Below are positions 22,728 to 33,028 of a stretch of DNA of 64,000 nt, in pieces (position 1 is the stretch's first letter; each line of letters opens with the position of its first letter). Position numbers and translations under genes: made by a program. This DNA comes from an uncultured Novosphingobium sp. (GTDB taxonomy: Bacteria > Pseudomonadota > Alphaproteobacteria > Sphingomonadales > Sphingomonadaceae), in NCBI GenBank assembly GCA_964242815.1, contig CAXSZV010000014.1, positions 4,994-68,993 of the forward strand. Direction: 5' to 3'. The notes beneath the pieces are model-generated. The model did not search any database and was not told the origin of the DNA. It saw only the letters and a list, made by a program, of their open reading frames with translations.

Positions 22728-23462
22728 ATGCCGCTGACGCTCGCCACCACCACGCCCGGTGAGCCCGAGATATTCGCCTCGTTGCAGGGCGAAGGGGTAT
22801 CGGCCGGGCGGCCTTGCGCGTTCGTGCGGCTGTCGCGATGCAACCTCGCCTGCGTCTGGTGCGACACCGCCTACACCTGGCGCTTCGACGACCGGCGATC
22901 GCATCGTGACCATGCGGTGTTCGATCGCGACGCCAACCAGATCGCGCTCGGCGAGGCGGAGGTCGCGGCGCGGATCGCCGCGCTCGACCAGCCGCGGCTG
23001 GTGATCACCGGGGGCGAGCCGCTGTTGCAGGGCGCGGGCCTCGCGCGGATGGCGGCACTGCTGCCGGGCGAGATGGCGATCGAGGTCGAGACCAACGGCA
23101 CCGTCGCGCCGCACGCCGCGCTCGACCGTCACGTCTCGCATTACACGATCAGTCCCAAGCTCGCGCATAGCGGCAACCCGGCGCGCCAAGCGCTGCCGCC
23201 CGAACGGCTCGCCGCATGGGCCGCGCACCCGCGCGCATGGTTCAAGTTCGTGATCGCCGATCCGGGCGATGCGGGGGAAGTGCTGGCGCTCGCCGAGCGA
23301 TACGGCATCGCGCCCGCGCGCGTGTTCCTGATGCCCGAGGGACGCGATCCCACAACGATCGCCACGCGCGCGAAGTGGCTCGCGCCGCTATGCCTCGCGC
23401 ACGGTTTCGCGTACTCGGGACGTCTGCATATCGACCTTTACGGCGATACCAGGGGCACATGA
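22728..23462 (+). CDS. queE: 7-carboxy-7-deazaguanine synthase (radical SAM)
   Basis: EIFASLQGEG, CNLACVWCDT, VITGGEPLLQ, IEVETNGT, ISPK. Confidence 0.93.
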   Translation: MPLTLATTTPGEPEIFASLQGEGVSAGRPCAFVRLSRCNLACVWCDTAYTWRFDDRRSHRDHAVFDRDANQIALGEAEVAARIAALDQPRLVITGGEPLLQGAGLARMAALLPGEMAIEVETNGTVAPHAALDRHVSHYTISPKLAHSGNPARQALPPERLAAWAAHPRAWFKFVIADPGDAGEVLALAERYGIAPARVFLMPEGRDPTTIATRAKWLAPLCLAHGFAYSGRLHIDLYGDTRGT

Positions 23463-24994
23463 AGCCAAGGCATGAAGAGCGTGACGTGAACGAAGCATCG
23501 CCGATCCCCACCGCACAAGCCGAGCCCGCGATTGGGCCACCGCTCGACGTGCCGACGGCGGCTAATACGCGGCCGATGCAGGGCGACCTGGTGAATGGGC
23601 CGATCCTGATGACGCTGCTCGCGTTCAGCGTGCCGACGCTGATCTCGAACGTGCTGCAGACGCTGAACGGATCGATCAACGCGATCTGGGTCGGGCGGCT
23701 GATCGGCGCGAGCGCGCTGGCGGCGACCGCCAATGCCAACATCGTCATGTTCCTGTTGTTCGCTGCGGTGTTCGGGTTCGGCATGGCGACGACGGTGCGG
23801 GTGGGGCAGCGCTATGGCGCGCGCGACGTGGCCGGCGCGCGCCGCACGTTCGGCGCGGGCATGGGGTTCTGCATCGCGATCTCGATCGTCACGGGCATAG
23901 CCGGCTGGTTCGGCTCGCCCACGCTGCTCCGCGCGCTGAAGACGCCCGACGCGAGCTTCATCGAGGCGGGCGACTATCTGCGCGTGGTGTTCGTCACGAT
24001 GCCGCTGGGTACGATCTCGGTGATCGCCGCGATGGGGTTGCGCGGCGTCGGCGATTCGAAGACGCCGCTCTATGCGATGATCATCACCGTGATCCTCGAC
24101 GTCTGTCTCAACCCGCTGCTGATCCGGGGCGCGGGGCCGCTGCCCCCGCTTGGCATCGCGGGCTCGGCGATCTCGACCGGGCTTGCCAACGCGATCGGCG
24201 CGACGTGGATGCTGTGGCGGATCTATGCGCGCGATCTGCCGTTGCGGCTGCGCGGGGCCGAGTGGCGCCATCTGATCCCGGCGCGCGCGGAAATCGGCTA
24301 CATCGTCGCCAAGGGGCTGCCGATGGGCGCGCAGATGCTGATCATCTCTTCGGCGGGGCTCGTCATGATAAGCCTCGTTAATCGCGAAGGGCTGGCGACG
24401 GCGGCGGCCTATGGCGCGTCGCTGCAGCTGTGGAACTACCTGCAGATGCCCGCGCTGGCGATCGGATCGGCGGTCAGCGCGATGGTCGCGCAGGCGATCG
24501 GCGCGGGCGCGCATGGCCGCGTCGGCGCGGTGACCGTCGTCGGGCTGGTGACGAACCTCGCCATATCGAGCGCGGTCGCCGCGGCGATCGTGGTGTTCGA
24601 CCACCCGCTGCTCGCGCTGTTCCTGGGCGGCGACAGCCCGGCGATGCCGATCGCGAGGCATATCCAGCTGGTCTGCACCGTCTCGTTCGTGCTGATCGGC
24701 GTGACGATGATCCTGATCGGCACGATGCGCGCCTATGGCGTGGTGCTGGCGCCGCTGCTGATCCTGGTCGTGGCGCTCTATGCGGGCCGGCTGGGGTTCT
24801 ACGCGCTTGCCTATCCCCGGATCGGCGGCGAGGCGGTGTGGTGGGCCTATCCGGCGGGTTCGATCATATCGCTGGCGCTGACCGTCGGCTATTACCTGTT
24901 CGGGCCGTGGGGCAAGCGTCTGCCGCAGCCGGGCGAGAGGCGGCCCGCGTCCCAGCCGCTGCCGACCGACGCGCCGATCGTCGGAACTCTATAG
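23459..24994 (+). CDS. MATE-family efflux transporter
   Basis: LRGVGDSKTPL, NPLLI, 12 TM pattern with two internal halves. Confidence 0.92.
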   Translation: MKPRHEERDVNEASPIPTAQAEPAIGPPLDVPTAANTRPMQGDLVNGPILMTLLAFSVPTLISNVLQTLNGSINAIWVGRLIGASALAATANANIVMFLLFAAVFGFGMATTVRVGQRYGARDVAGARRTFGAGMGFCIAISIVTGIAGWFGSPTLLRALKTPDASFIEAGDYLRVVFVTMPLGTISVIAAMGLRGVGDSKTPLYAMIITVILDVCLNPLLIRGAGPLPPLGIAGSAISTGLANAIGATWMLWRIYARDLPLRLRGAEWRHLIPARAEIGYIVAKGLPMGAQMLIISSAGLVMISLVNREGLATAAAYGASLQLWNYLQMPALAIGSAVSAMVAQAIGAGAHGRVGAVTVVGLVTNLAISSAVAAAIVVFDHPLLALFLGGDSPAMPIARHIQLVCTVSFVLIGVTMILIGTMRAYGVVLAPLLILVVALYAGRLGFYALAYPRIGGEAVWWAYPAGSIISLALTVGYYLFGPWGKRLPQPGERRPASQPLPTDAPIVGTL

Positions 24995-25036
24995 AGCGCG
25001 AATCGCGAACGTCTAAGGGACAGATGACATCTGGCT

Positions 25037-26164
25037 TTAGAACCCGGCGGACGCGGTCAGCGCGGGGCCCGAGCCGGGCTGCGCATTGCCGGCGACATGC
25101 AGCCGATAGTCGAGCGCCAGCCGGCCGAAGATGCGGCTGTTGAGCTTGACGTCGACGCGGGTCGAGGGGCCGATGTCGAGCCGCGCCGCGTCTTTCTGCG
25201 CGCCGCCCCAGACGCCGCCGCCGAGCCGCACCTGATGGCCGAGCACCCGCGCGAACGGGCGATCGAAGGTGAACTGCCCGTCGAAGAACGGCGTCGCGCC
25301 TCGGCCCGCGACATAGCCGCCTTGCGCATAAGCCTCGCCGCGTAGACCCAGCGGCAGCGCGAACGGCGGCAACTGGCTGACGAGCATCGCCGCGGGCCGG
25401 AACCGCAGCTTCCCGTCCGATCGCGTCGCGCGAACTTCGCCCAGCGCGATCACCGGAACCGACGGCAGTGGCCGCGCCGACAGGCCGAGCGCGACCTCGC
25501 TCTCGCCCGCGCCGCCGAGCGCGCTGTCGACGCGCGCATAGGCCGAAGGACGATAGCGGCTCGACGGCGCGAACGCATAGCGCACGATCGCGCCCGCCTG
25601 GCTCGCGCCGTAGCTCGCGGGAGCGGGTCCGCCTGCGAGCGTCGGGCCGGTCCCCTTGCGCGCCAGCAGCCAGGCATCCATCGACCAGCGCTTCGCTTTG
25701 CCAGGGGGGACGGCGGACGGCACCGGAAACGGCGCCGCGTTGCCTCCGGGCGAGCGCGTAGAGGCGAGCTGCGCACCCGATGCGGCCGGCTCCCCGCGCG
25801 GCAGGGTCCAAGAAAGATACGATCCAGCAGCGCGCGACCGGCTGACGCCCCATGTCGGCGCGCCGCCGTGAGCGAATGCGGGCCTGCGCCAATCGCCGCC
25901 GACGCCCGCATCCTCATCGCCATCATCGGCCCCGCCGACCGGCCGTACGGCGGCGGGCGGAGCCATGTTCTCGGGCCACGGCGTGAAGCGGGCCTCGGCG
26001 AGCGCCAGCGTCGCGTCTGGCGCCCGTGGCGCAAGGACATCCGCACGCGTCAACAATGCGCTGCCGACACGATCCCATGCCAGCGCGCGCACCCCGATCC
26101 AGCTCGACACGATCACCGCGAGCGCGATCAGCGGGTCGCCGCGCCGGCGGCGCGGGTTGTTCAT
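25037..26164 (-). CDS. Hypothetical protein: N-terminal hydrophobic anchor, Pro/Ala linker, C-terminal beta-barrel-like domain (NfrA C-terminus-like)
   Basis: ATGA-coupled to the NfrB-like gene; alternating hydrophobic/Gly strands; ends in aromatic F (LTASAGF). Confidence 0.65.
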   Translation of the reverse strand: MNNPRRRRGDPLIALAVIVSSWIGVRALAWDRVGSALLTRADVLAPRAPDATLALAEARFTPWPENMAPPAAVRPVGGADDGDEDAGVGGDWRRPAFAHGGAPTWGVSRSRAAGSYLSWTLPRGEPAASGAQLASTRSPGGNAAPFPVPSAVPPGKAKRWSMDAWLLARKGTGPTLAGGPAPASYGASQAGAIVRYAFAPSSRYRPSAYARVDSALGGAGESEVALGLSARPLPSVPVIALGEVRATRSDGKLRFRPAAMLVSQLPPFALPLGLRGEAYAQGGYVAGRGATPFFDGQFTFDRPFARVLGHQVRLGGGVWGGAQKDAARLDIGPSTRVDVKLNSRIFGRLALDYRLHVAGNAQPGSGPALTASAGF

Positions 26165-27573
26165 CGGGCGAGCGCGCCCGACGTCATCGTCGCGGGATGC
26201 GCCGCGTGATCGGTCTTGTCCCAGCGCAGCGCGCCGCCGCGCAACGTCGCGATATACGCGGTCAACGCGCGGTGGCCGGCCATGATCGCGATGACGTTCG
26301 CGACCGGGATCCGCAGCAGCGAGCGAACCCCTTCGAGCCAGCCGTATTCGTACGCGGTGAGCGAGACGCGCCACGTCGCCCGCCAGACAAAGCTTACGAA
26401 ACTGGCCATCACCAGCCAGGCAAGCAACGGCGACGGGCTAGCCGGCGGCGATGCGTGCGGATGCGGCACGATCAGCAGCAGGCCTTCGACCAGCACCAGC
26501 GCATAGGCGCTCGCGAGCACCAGCGCGAGCAATGGCCCCTTGCGATCGCGCAGCGCCATCCAGCTCGCGACGGTGAGCCCGGTCCAGCCCATGCGGTCCC
26601 AACCCTGCAACGCAATGCCGTGGATCCACCGCGTTTTCTGCCGGACCGCCGTCTGGATCGTCGAGGGAAAGAACGCGCGCGTCGCGACCAGCGCGCCGTC
26701 GGCATCGCGCAGGCGCACGAACCGTCCGCGCGCGCCCGACCGGGCAAGCAGCAGGCCGACCTCGTAATCCTCGGTCAGGCTGTCGGGCGCGAACGGCCCC
26801 TTGCCTCCGTGATCCGCGCGCCACCGCGCCATGCGCGACACCGCCGCGCGGGAGAAACCGCAACCGACGCCCGCGGTCGGGATGCCCGCGCCCAGCGCAT
26901 CGCGTACGACCAGCGTCTTGGCGTGCGCCTCGGTGAATTCGTCCGAGTAGTGCCCGGCGATCCACGGCGACCGCGATTGCGGCTCCGGCCGGACCGGCAA
27001 CTGCACGTAATCGTTGGCCTCGAGCGTGTTGTCGATGACCGCGAGCGCGGCAGGGTGCACCATGTCCTCGGCATCGTGCAGCACGACACCGGTGAAGTCG
27101 CGGCTGGATCGCCGTTCGTCGGCGACCATCGCGGCGTAAAGCCGATTGAGGCAATCTGCCTTCGTCGTGGGACCGGCGCGATCGTGCACCACCAGCCTGA
27201 CGCGCGGATCGCCATGCGCGCCAATGATGGCGGCCGCGAGCGTCGCGGCGTCGTTACGGTAACAGCCGACATAGAGCGTCAGGTTCGGCTGCGGCCACGC
27301 CGCCAGCGTATGCGCGATCATCTCGCCGATCACGTCGGGCTCGCGCCAGGCGGGAACCATCACCGCCAGCCGGCCGACCAGCGGGCGCGCTTCGTAGCCC
27401 GGCGGCAGGCTTTCCTCGCGAACGCGCCCTGTCGCGCGCAGCCACAGCCAGACCGCGTCTATCGCGAGTTCGTCCAACGCGCCGATCGTGAACCAGAACG
27501 CCGCAAACACCAGCAATTCGTGCTCTGCCAAGCGCAGAGCATCCACACCCCAATCCATCGCGATCGCCCCCAA
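26161..27573 (-). CDS. NfrB-like processive GT2 glycosyltransferase
   Basis: VPAWRE, GPTTKADCLN, LHDAED, LTEDY and RQKTRW (D,D,D,QxxRW), flanked by TM helices. Confidence 0.88.
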   Translation of the reverse strand: MGAIAMDWGVDALRLAEHELLVFAAFWFTIGALDELAIDAVWLWLRATGRVREESLPPGYEARPLVGRLAVMVPAWREPDVIGEMIAHTLAAWPQPNLTLYVGCYRNDAATLAAAIIGAHGDPRVRLVVHDRAGPTTKADCLNRLYAAMVADERRSSRDFTGVVLHDAEDMVHPAALAVIDNTLEANDYVQLPVRPEPQSRSPWIAGHYSDEFTEAHAKTLVVRDALGAGIPTAGVGCGFSRAAVSRMARWRADHGGKGPFAPDSLTEDYEVGLLLARSGARGRFVRLRDADGALVATRAFFPSTIQTAVRQKTRWIHGIALQGWDRMGWTGLTVASWMALRDRKGPLLALVLASAYALVLVEGLLLIVPHPHASPPASPSPLLAWLVMASFVSFVWRATWRVSLTAYEYGWLEGVRSLLRIPVANVIAIMAGHRALTAYIATLRGGALRWDKTDHAAHPATMTSGALAR

Positions 27574-27687
27574 CCCAACGGAACCGCAAATTACCCTGAG
27601 TTTGCCCCTGACGGCGCCATCAGAACACGAAGCCTATGGTGATCGCAGGGGGCTTGCAACCGGTAAAGCTCTCGCCGATCAGGCATC

Positions 27688-28872
27688 ATGCGGGCGGCGC
27701 ACACCAGATCCTGGCTCGGCGCGCGAGCCCGCGCCCTGCTGGCGGGCGAGGCGCCGGAAAGCGTGCTGTTGATCGCGGTCGCGCTGATCGCGATGGCGCT
27801 CGCCAATTCGGACGTGTCACACGCCTATCACAAGCTGTTCCTCGACCCGTTGCCATGGACGCCGATCGGCGTGCTGACGACGCCGCACCAGTGGATCAAC
27901 GACGCGCTGATGGCCGTGTTCTTCCTGATCGTCGGCCTCGAGATCAGACGCGAAGTCGCGACCGGCGAGCTTTCCGACCCCGGGCGGCGTCGCCTGCCGA
28001 TGATCGCCGCGCTCGCCGGCATGGCGGCCCCCGCGCTGTGCTTCATCGCGATCGCGGGACCGACGGCCCCCTGGCACCGCGGCTGGGCGATACCGGGCGC
28101 GACCGACATCGCCTTCGCGGTCGGCGTGATCGCGCTGCTCGGCAGCCGCGTGCCGCCGACGCTGCGGTTATTCCTTTTGACCGTCGCCATCGTCGACGAT
28201 CTGGGCGCGGTGGCGATCATCGCCCTGCTTTACACCGCCTCGATCTCACTCGGCTGGCTGATGGCGGCGCTGCTGATCTGGGCGGTCATGCTCGCACTCG
28301 CCCGCACGGTCAGGACTACCTGGCCCTACGTCGTGCTGGCGATCATGCTGTGGTTGTGCGTGCTGCGCTCGGGCATACACCCGACGGTCGCCGGCGTGCT
28401 CGCCGGGCTCGCGATCCCGCTCGCGCCCGATCGCGCAGGGGCCAGCATGTCGCTGCGGCTGGAGGAACGCCTGCAGCCGTGGGTGCGCTACGCGATCCTG
28501 CCACTGTTCGCGCTCGCTAATGCGGGCGTATCAATCGAGGGTCTGGCGGGTTTCGCCGCGCCGCTGCCGCTGGCGATCGCGACGGGGCTGTTCGTCGGCA
28601 AACAGCTCGGCGTGTTCGGCGCGATCGTGCTCGCCGAGAGGCTGGGCCTCGCGACCCGGCCCGCCGGCGCGAGCTGGGTGCAGCTGTGGGGCGTCGCCAT
28701 CCTGTGCGGCATCGGCTTCACGATGAGCCTGTTCATCGCCGGGCTCGCGTTCGCCGATCAGCCTACGTTGTTCGAAGCGGCGAAGCTCGGCGTGATCGGC
28801 GGATCGCTGCTATCGATGATCGCCGGATATGCGGTGCTGTGGTTCGCGGGTCGCCCGACGGCGGTAGCGTAG
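27688..28872 (+). CDS. nhaA: Na+/H+ antiporter NhaA
   Basis: WINDALMAVFF, GWAIPGATDIAF, AIVDDLGA, GIGFTMSLFI. Confidence 0.96.
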   Translation: MRAAHTRSWLGARARALLAGEAPESVLLIAVALIAMALANSDVSHAYHKLFLDPLPWTPIGVLTTPHQWINDALMAVFFLIVGLEIRREVATGELSDPGRRRLPMIAALAGMAAPALCFIAIAGPTAPWHRGWAIPGATDIAFAVGVIALLGSRVPPTLRLFLLTVAIVDDLGAVAIIALLYTASISLGWLMAALLIWAVMLALARTVRTTWPYVVLAIMLWLCVLRSGIHPTVAGVLAGLAIPLAPDRAGASMSLRLEERLQPWVRYAILPLFALANAGVSIEGLAGFAAPLPLAIATGLFVGKQLGVFGAIVLAERLGLATRPAGASWVQLWGVAILCGIGFTMSLFIAGLAFADQPTLFEAAKLGVIGGSLLSMIAGYAVLWFAGRPTAVA

Positions 28873-28873
28873 C

Positions 28874-29290
28874 CTACCACACCCCGACGTTGGGCATGCT
28901 CGTCCAGGGTTCGCGCGGCGGCAGCGAACCGTCCTGCAGCAGTTCGATCGAAATGCCGTCGGGCGTGCGGACGAAGGCCATGTGCCCATCGCGCGGCGGC
29001 CGGTTGATCGTAACGCCCGCTTCCGTCAGCCGCGCGCAGGTCGCATAGATATCGTCGACGAGGTATGCGAGATGGCCGAAGTTGCGTCCGCCGTCGTATG
29101 GCTCCGGATCCCAGTTGTGCGTCAGCTCGACTTGCGTGTCCTCCTGCCCGGGAGCGGCGAGGAAGATCAGCGTGAAGCGGCCTTTCTCGCTGTCGTGGCG
29201 ACGCACTTCGCGAAGGCCGATGAGTTCGAAGAAGCGGATCGTCGCGACGGGGTCGCTGACGCGGATCATGGTGTGGAGGTAGCGGGTCAT
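28874..29290 (-). CDS. VOC-family lactoylglutathione lyase (glyoxalase I-like)
   Basis: YLHTMIRV, ELTHNWDPEPYDGGRNFGHLAY, PDGISIEL. Confidence 0.92.
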   Translation of the reverse strand: MTRYLHTMIRVSDPVATIRFFELIGLREVRRHDSEKGRFTLIFLAAPGQEDTQVELTHNWDPEPYDGGRNFGHLAYLVDDIYATCARLTEAGVTINRPPRDGHMAFVRTPDGISIELLQDGSLPPREPWTSMPNVGVW

Positions 29291-29339
29291 ACGGACGCCT
29301 GTACCGCGTATCGAGGCATCGGGCCACCGGCGTCGCGCA

Positions 29340-29373
29340 TAAAAAGGGGCCGCGCGATTGCCCGCGCGACCCC
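29340..29373 (-). terminator. Rho-independent terminator of the porin gene
   Basis: Minus strand GGGGTCGCGCG-GGCAA-TCGCGCGGCCCC followed by a T run, about 20 nt after the stop. Confidence 0.75.
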
Positions 29374-29392
29374 TCGATATTCAAATCGAAGC

Positions 29393-30304
29393 TTAGAAGC
29401 TAGCGGTGATCGATCCCACCGCGACGGTCTTCGCCGGACGGCGGAAGTACGTGGCACACGAGCCGACGCTGTCGAAGACTTCGCCGAAACCACCGTTGGC
29501 GCAGCTTGCGTTGGCGCCGACACCACCGAAGTTGGCGTTCGCAATGTCCCGGCGGCTGAGGTCGGTGCCGACGACCGAGATGTCGAACGACAGCGCCTTC
29601 CACTTGTAAGTCACGCCTGCAGTATAGTCGAAATACTGCTTGCCATAGTCGAACCCGCCAGCGGTGTGGCCGAGGTGCGTGTGGATCGTCACCGGCGTAT
29701 TAGGAATGCCGCCACTCAGCTCACCGTAAATATAGGCATTATGCTGTCTCGGCGACGAGAAGTTGAAATCGAACACGTGCTGGTCAGGTGCATAGTACAG
29801 GCCTACCTTGGCGCTCACCGGACCATAGGTCTTGGCAACCGAGCCATAGACTTCAAAGTAGTTACCAGCAGGCGCACCCGGATAGATATAGCCATAACCA
29901 CCGACGTCGATGGTGAAGCCGCTGTGCGCGATCTCGTGCGTAAAGCCGCCATAAACGTCGATTTCCGTCCCGCCGATCTGGATAGGCGCATCGCCACCCG
30001 ACGCGCTCGACCCCCAAGTGGAAACGTAGAAGCCCGAGCTATGCGCGACGGTGAAGGTGCCCTGCACGACCGGGCGATTGTTCGACTGAGACAGACCGCG
30101 GAACCGGTACTGCGAGGCGATCGTCGCGGCACCCGTGATGGTGAACGCGCTGGCGGCCGGGGGGGTCGCGGCGACCGCTTCGGACGGAGTCGGTGTCTGC
30201 GCCGGGGTGCCGGCGGCGGAAGACTCTTGAGCGAACGCGGGGGCGGCAAGCGCCGAGCCCGCCAGAAGCGTGGCGGCGATCAGGCCGCGGGTGGACGTGT
30301 GCAT
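29393..30304 (-). CDS. TorF-family putative outer-membrane porin
   Basis: Signal peptide, ASQYRFRGLSQS, VQGTF, EIDVYGG, C-terminal F. Confidence 0.88.
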   Translation of the reverse strand: MHTSTRGLIAATLLAGSALAAPAFAQESSAAGTPAQTPTPSEAVAATPPAASAFTITGAATIASQYRFRGLSQSNNRPVVQGTFTVAHSSGFYVSTWGSSASGGDAPIQIGGTEIDVYGGFTHEIAHSGFTIDVGGYGYIYPGAPAGNYFEVYGSVAKTYGPVSAKVGLYYAPDQHVFDFNFSSPRQHNAYIYGELSGGIPNTPVTIHTHLGHTAGGFDYGKQYFDYTAGVTYKWKALSFDISVVGTDLSRRDIANANFGGVGANASCANGGFGEVFDSVGSCATYFRRPAKTVAVGSITASF

Positions 30305-30552
30305 GATGCGTATCCTCGATAGTTGCAAACTGCCTCGTCCCGCCTGCACGTTCGTCTTGCTCTCATTGACTGGATGCAACTTGCGAACGCGGTAGGTTAG
30401 CTGCCGATAATTGTTGCGACGCACAAGAACGAAGCGGTATCGACCATTCCGATTGACCCGCACCTGTTGATTTCTTGCCACGGTTCTTGGGCTATTTATT
30501 ATGAGGCGCGACTATCCGTTCGGCCCGGCGAGCGGTATCGGCACGACCTGGC

Positions 30553-31359
30553 ATGGGTATGATAGGCAGTCTGCGTCAGATACTTCGCCGACGCGCGCCC
30601 GCCCCGCCGGCTGTCGCCGCCGGCCGTCGCGTCTATGCGGTCGGCGACATTCATGGTCGGCTCGATCTGTTCCACGCGATCACCGATGCGATCGATACGG
30701 ACGATCGGGCCCGCGGCGAGGCGAATACTACATGCATACTGCTCGGCGATCTGGTCGATCGCGGGCCGCACAGCGCCGATGTCGTCGCGCACGCCATTGC
30801 CTGGAGCCGCGGCCGCGCGGTGCAGCTGATCGCCGGCAATCACGAGGAGATGTTCCTCATCGCGCTAGAGGATATCGAGGCATTCCGTCATTTCGTGAAG
30901 ATCGGCGGTCGCGAGACTATCGATTCGTACGGCGTTGACCCGGAGCTGTTCGACGGCGCGACCTATGGCGAAGCGATGGCGCTCGCTCGCGCCGCGATCC
31001 CTGCGGACCATCTCGATTTCCTCGCGAGCGCACCGGGATCGATCCGCATCGACGATTACCTGTTCGCGCACGCCGGCATCCGCCCCGGGGTCGATCTGGC
31101 ATCACAGAGCGACGAGGATCTGCGCTGGATCCGCGAGCCCTTCCTCGCGTCGCACGCCGACCACGGCTGCATCGTCGTGCACGGGCACACGATCACCGAA
31201 GATGCGGTCGTGCGGCACAACCGGATCGGCCTCGACACGGGCGCCTACCGATCGGGGCGATTGACCGCGATCGGCATCGAAGGCACGCGTCGCTGGCTGA
31301 TCGAGGCGCGCACCGGCGCGGGGGACGAGGCGATAGCGATCACGCAGCGACCGGTCTGA
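30553..31359 (+). CDS. Metallophosphoesterase (PPP-like Ser/Thr phosphatase family)
   Basis: GDIHG, GDLVDRGP, GNHE, HAG and VHGHT motifs. Confidence 0.92.
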   Translation: MGMIGSLRQILRRRAPAPPAVAAGRRVYAVGDIHGRLDLFHAITDAIDTDDRARGEANTTCILLGDLVDRGPHSADVVAHAIAWSRGRAVQLIAGNHEEMFLIALEDIEAFRHFVKIGGRETIDSYGVDPELFDGATYGEAMALARAAIPADHLDFLASAPGSIRIDDYLFAHAGIRPGVDLASQSDEDLRWIREPFLASHADHGCIVVHGHTITEDAVVRHNRIGLDTGAYRSGRLTAIGIEGTRRWLIEARTGAGDEAIAITQRPV

Positions 31360-31459
31360 TGCCTCTCTGAGGGCCGCACCGGGCTCGGCAGCGACGGTTT
31401 GTTAACGCCGATCGGCTATCCGGCCGGCTCCAGCCAATCGAGCACGAGGCGGGCAAGCG

Positions 31460-32554
31460 GTGCGCATCTTCAATTTCGCTAGGCGCGACGTCGATGCTCC
31501 GGCAATGGAGGACGACCTCGACGAGCGCGAGCTTGCGGTACTCCACGATCATGCGCTGGCGACGCGGCGCGATCTGCTGAGCGACATCACCGGCTTCCTG
31601 CTCGAAAACCTGCTCGACGTGACGCCCGACAACCTGGTCATCGCCTGGCATCTGTTCGCCGGCAGCGAGCAGCGCCTGTCGCGCCGGGTCGCCGAACGAC
31701 GCGCCGCCAAGGAGCCGATCACGCCCGAATGGTTCACCGGCATCGGCGTCGAGTACGGAATCGTCAGAGACCGCAAGCAGGAACTCGAGGAACTGATGAA
31801 GCGGCTCGGCGAGGCGTTGACCCGCTTCGTCGCGACCAGCGGCAGCGCCAAGACGGCGAGCTCGGACTATGGCGCGGCGATCGAGGAGCACGCGCGGCTT
31901 GCCGAAGCGTGCACGCACGACCTCGATCCGGCGGCGATGGCGCAGCTTGCCCGCGCGATGCTCGACCGCACGCGGCAGGTCGAGGCGGACATGGCGAAGT
32001 CCGAGCGCGAGGCGCGGAACCTGCGCGACAGCCTGCAGCGCGCGCGGCGCGACGCCGAACTCGACTATCTGACCGGGCTGCCCAACCGGCGCGCGTTCGA
32101 CCATCTGTACGAGCGCGAATATCGCGAGGCGCGCGCGCAGATCGATTTCCTGAGCGTCGCGTTCTGCGACATCGACAACTTCAAGGCGATCAACGACACG
32201 CACGGACACCCGGTCGGCGATCGGGTCATCCAGGCAATATCGGAGCACTTCAAGCGCATCACCGGCGACAACTGCCATGTCGCGCGCCATGGCGGTGAGG
32301 AATTCGTGCTCTTGTTCCGCGGGCTGACCGTCGCGCAGGCGGCCGATCGGCTCGACGAGGCGCGGATCACCTTCAGCCGGCGGCGGCTGGTCAACCGCGA
32401 TACCGACGAGCCGATCGGCGTGGTGACGTTCTCGGGCGGCGTCGCCGATGCCTTTGCCTACGACACCGCATCGACCGCGCTCAAGGCGGCGGACGACGCG
32501 CTCTATGACGCGAAGGCCTCGGGCCGCAATTGCATCAAGCTGGCGAAGACCTGA
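31460..32554 (+). CDS. Diguanylate cyclase (GGEEF) with helical N-terminus
   Basis: DYLTGLPNRR, DIDNFKAIND, GHPVGD, RHGGEEF, ADDALYDAK. Start may be ATG 31505. Confidence 0.93.
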   Translation: MRIFNFARRDVDAPAMEDDLDERELAVLHDHALATRRDLLSDITGFLLENLLDVTPDNLVIAWHLFAGSEQRLSRRVAERRAAKEPITPEWFTGIGVEYGIVRDRKQELEELMKRLGEALTRFVATSGSAKTASSDYGAAIEEHARLAEACTHDLDPAAMAQLARAMLDRTRQVEADMAKSEREARNLRDSLQRARRDAELDYLTGLPNRRAFDHLYEREYREARAQIDFLSVAFCDIDNFKAINDTHGHPVGDRVIQAISEHFKRITGDNCHVARHGGEEFVLLFRGLTVAQAADRLDEARITFSRRRLVNRDTDEPIGVVTFSGGVADAFAYDTASTALKAADDALYDAKASGRNCIKLAKT

Positions 32555-32594
32555 GTGGAGCGCAGGCGGTTAGCCGAGCTGCCGACGATCGACC

Positions 32595-33018
<424 letters not shown>

Positions 33019-33028
33019 GGTCGCGCCG

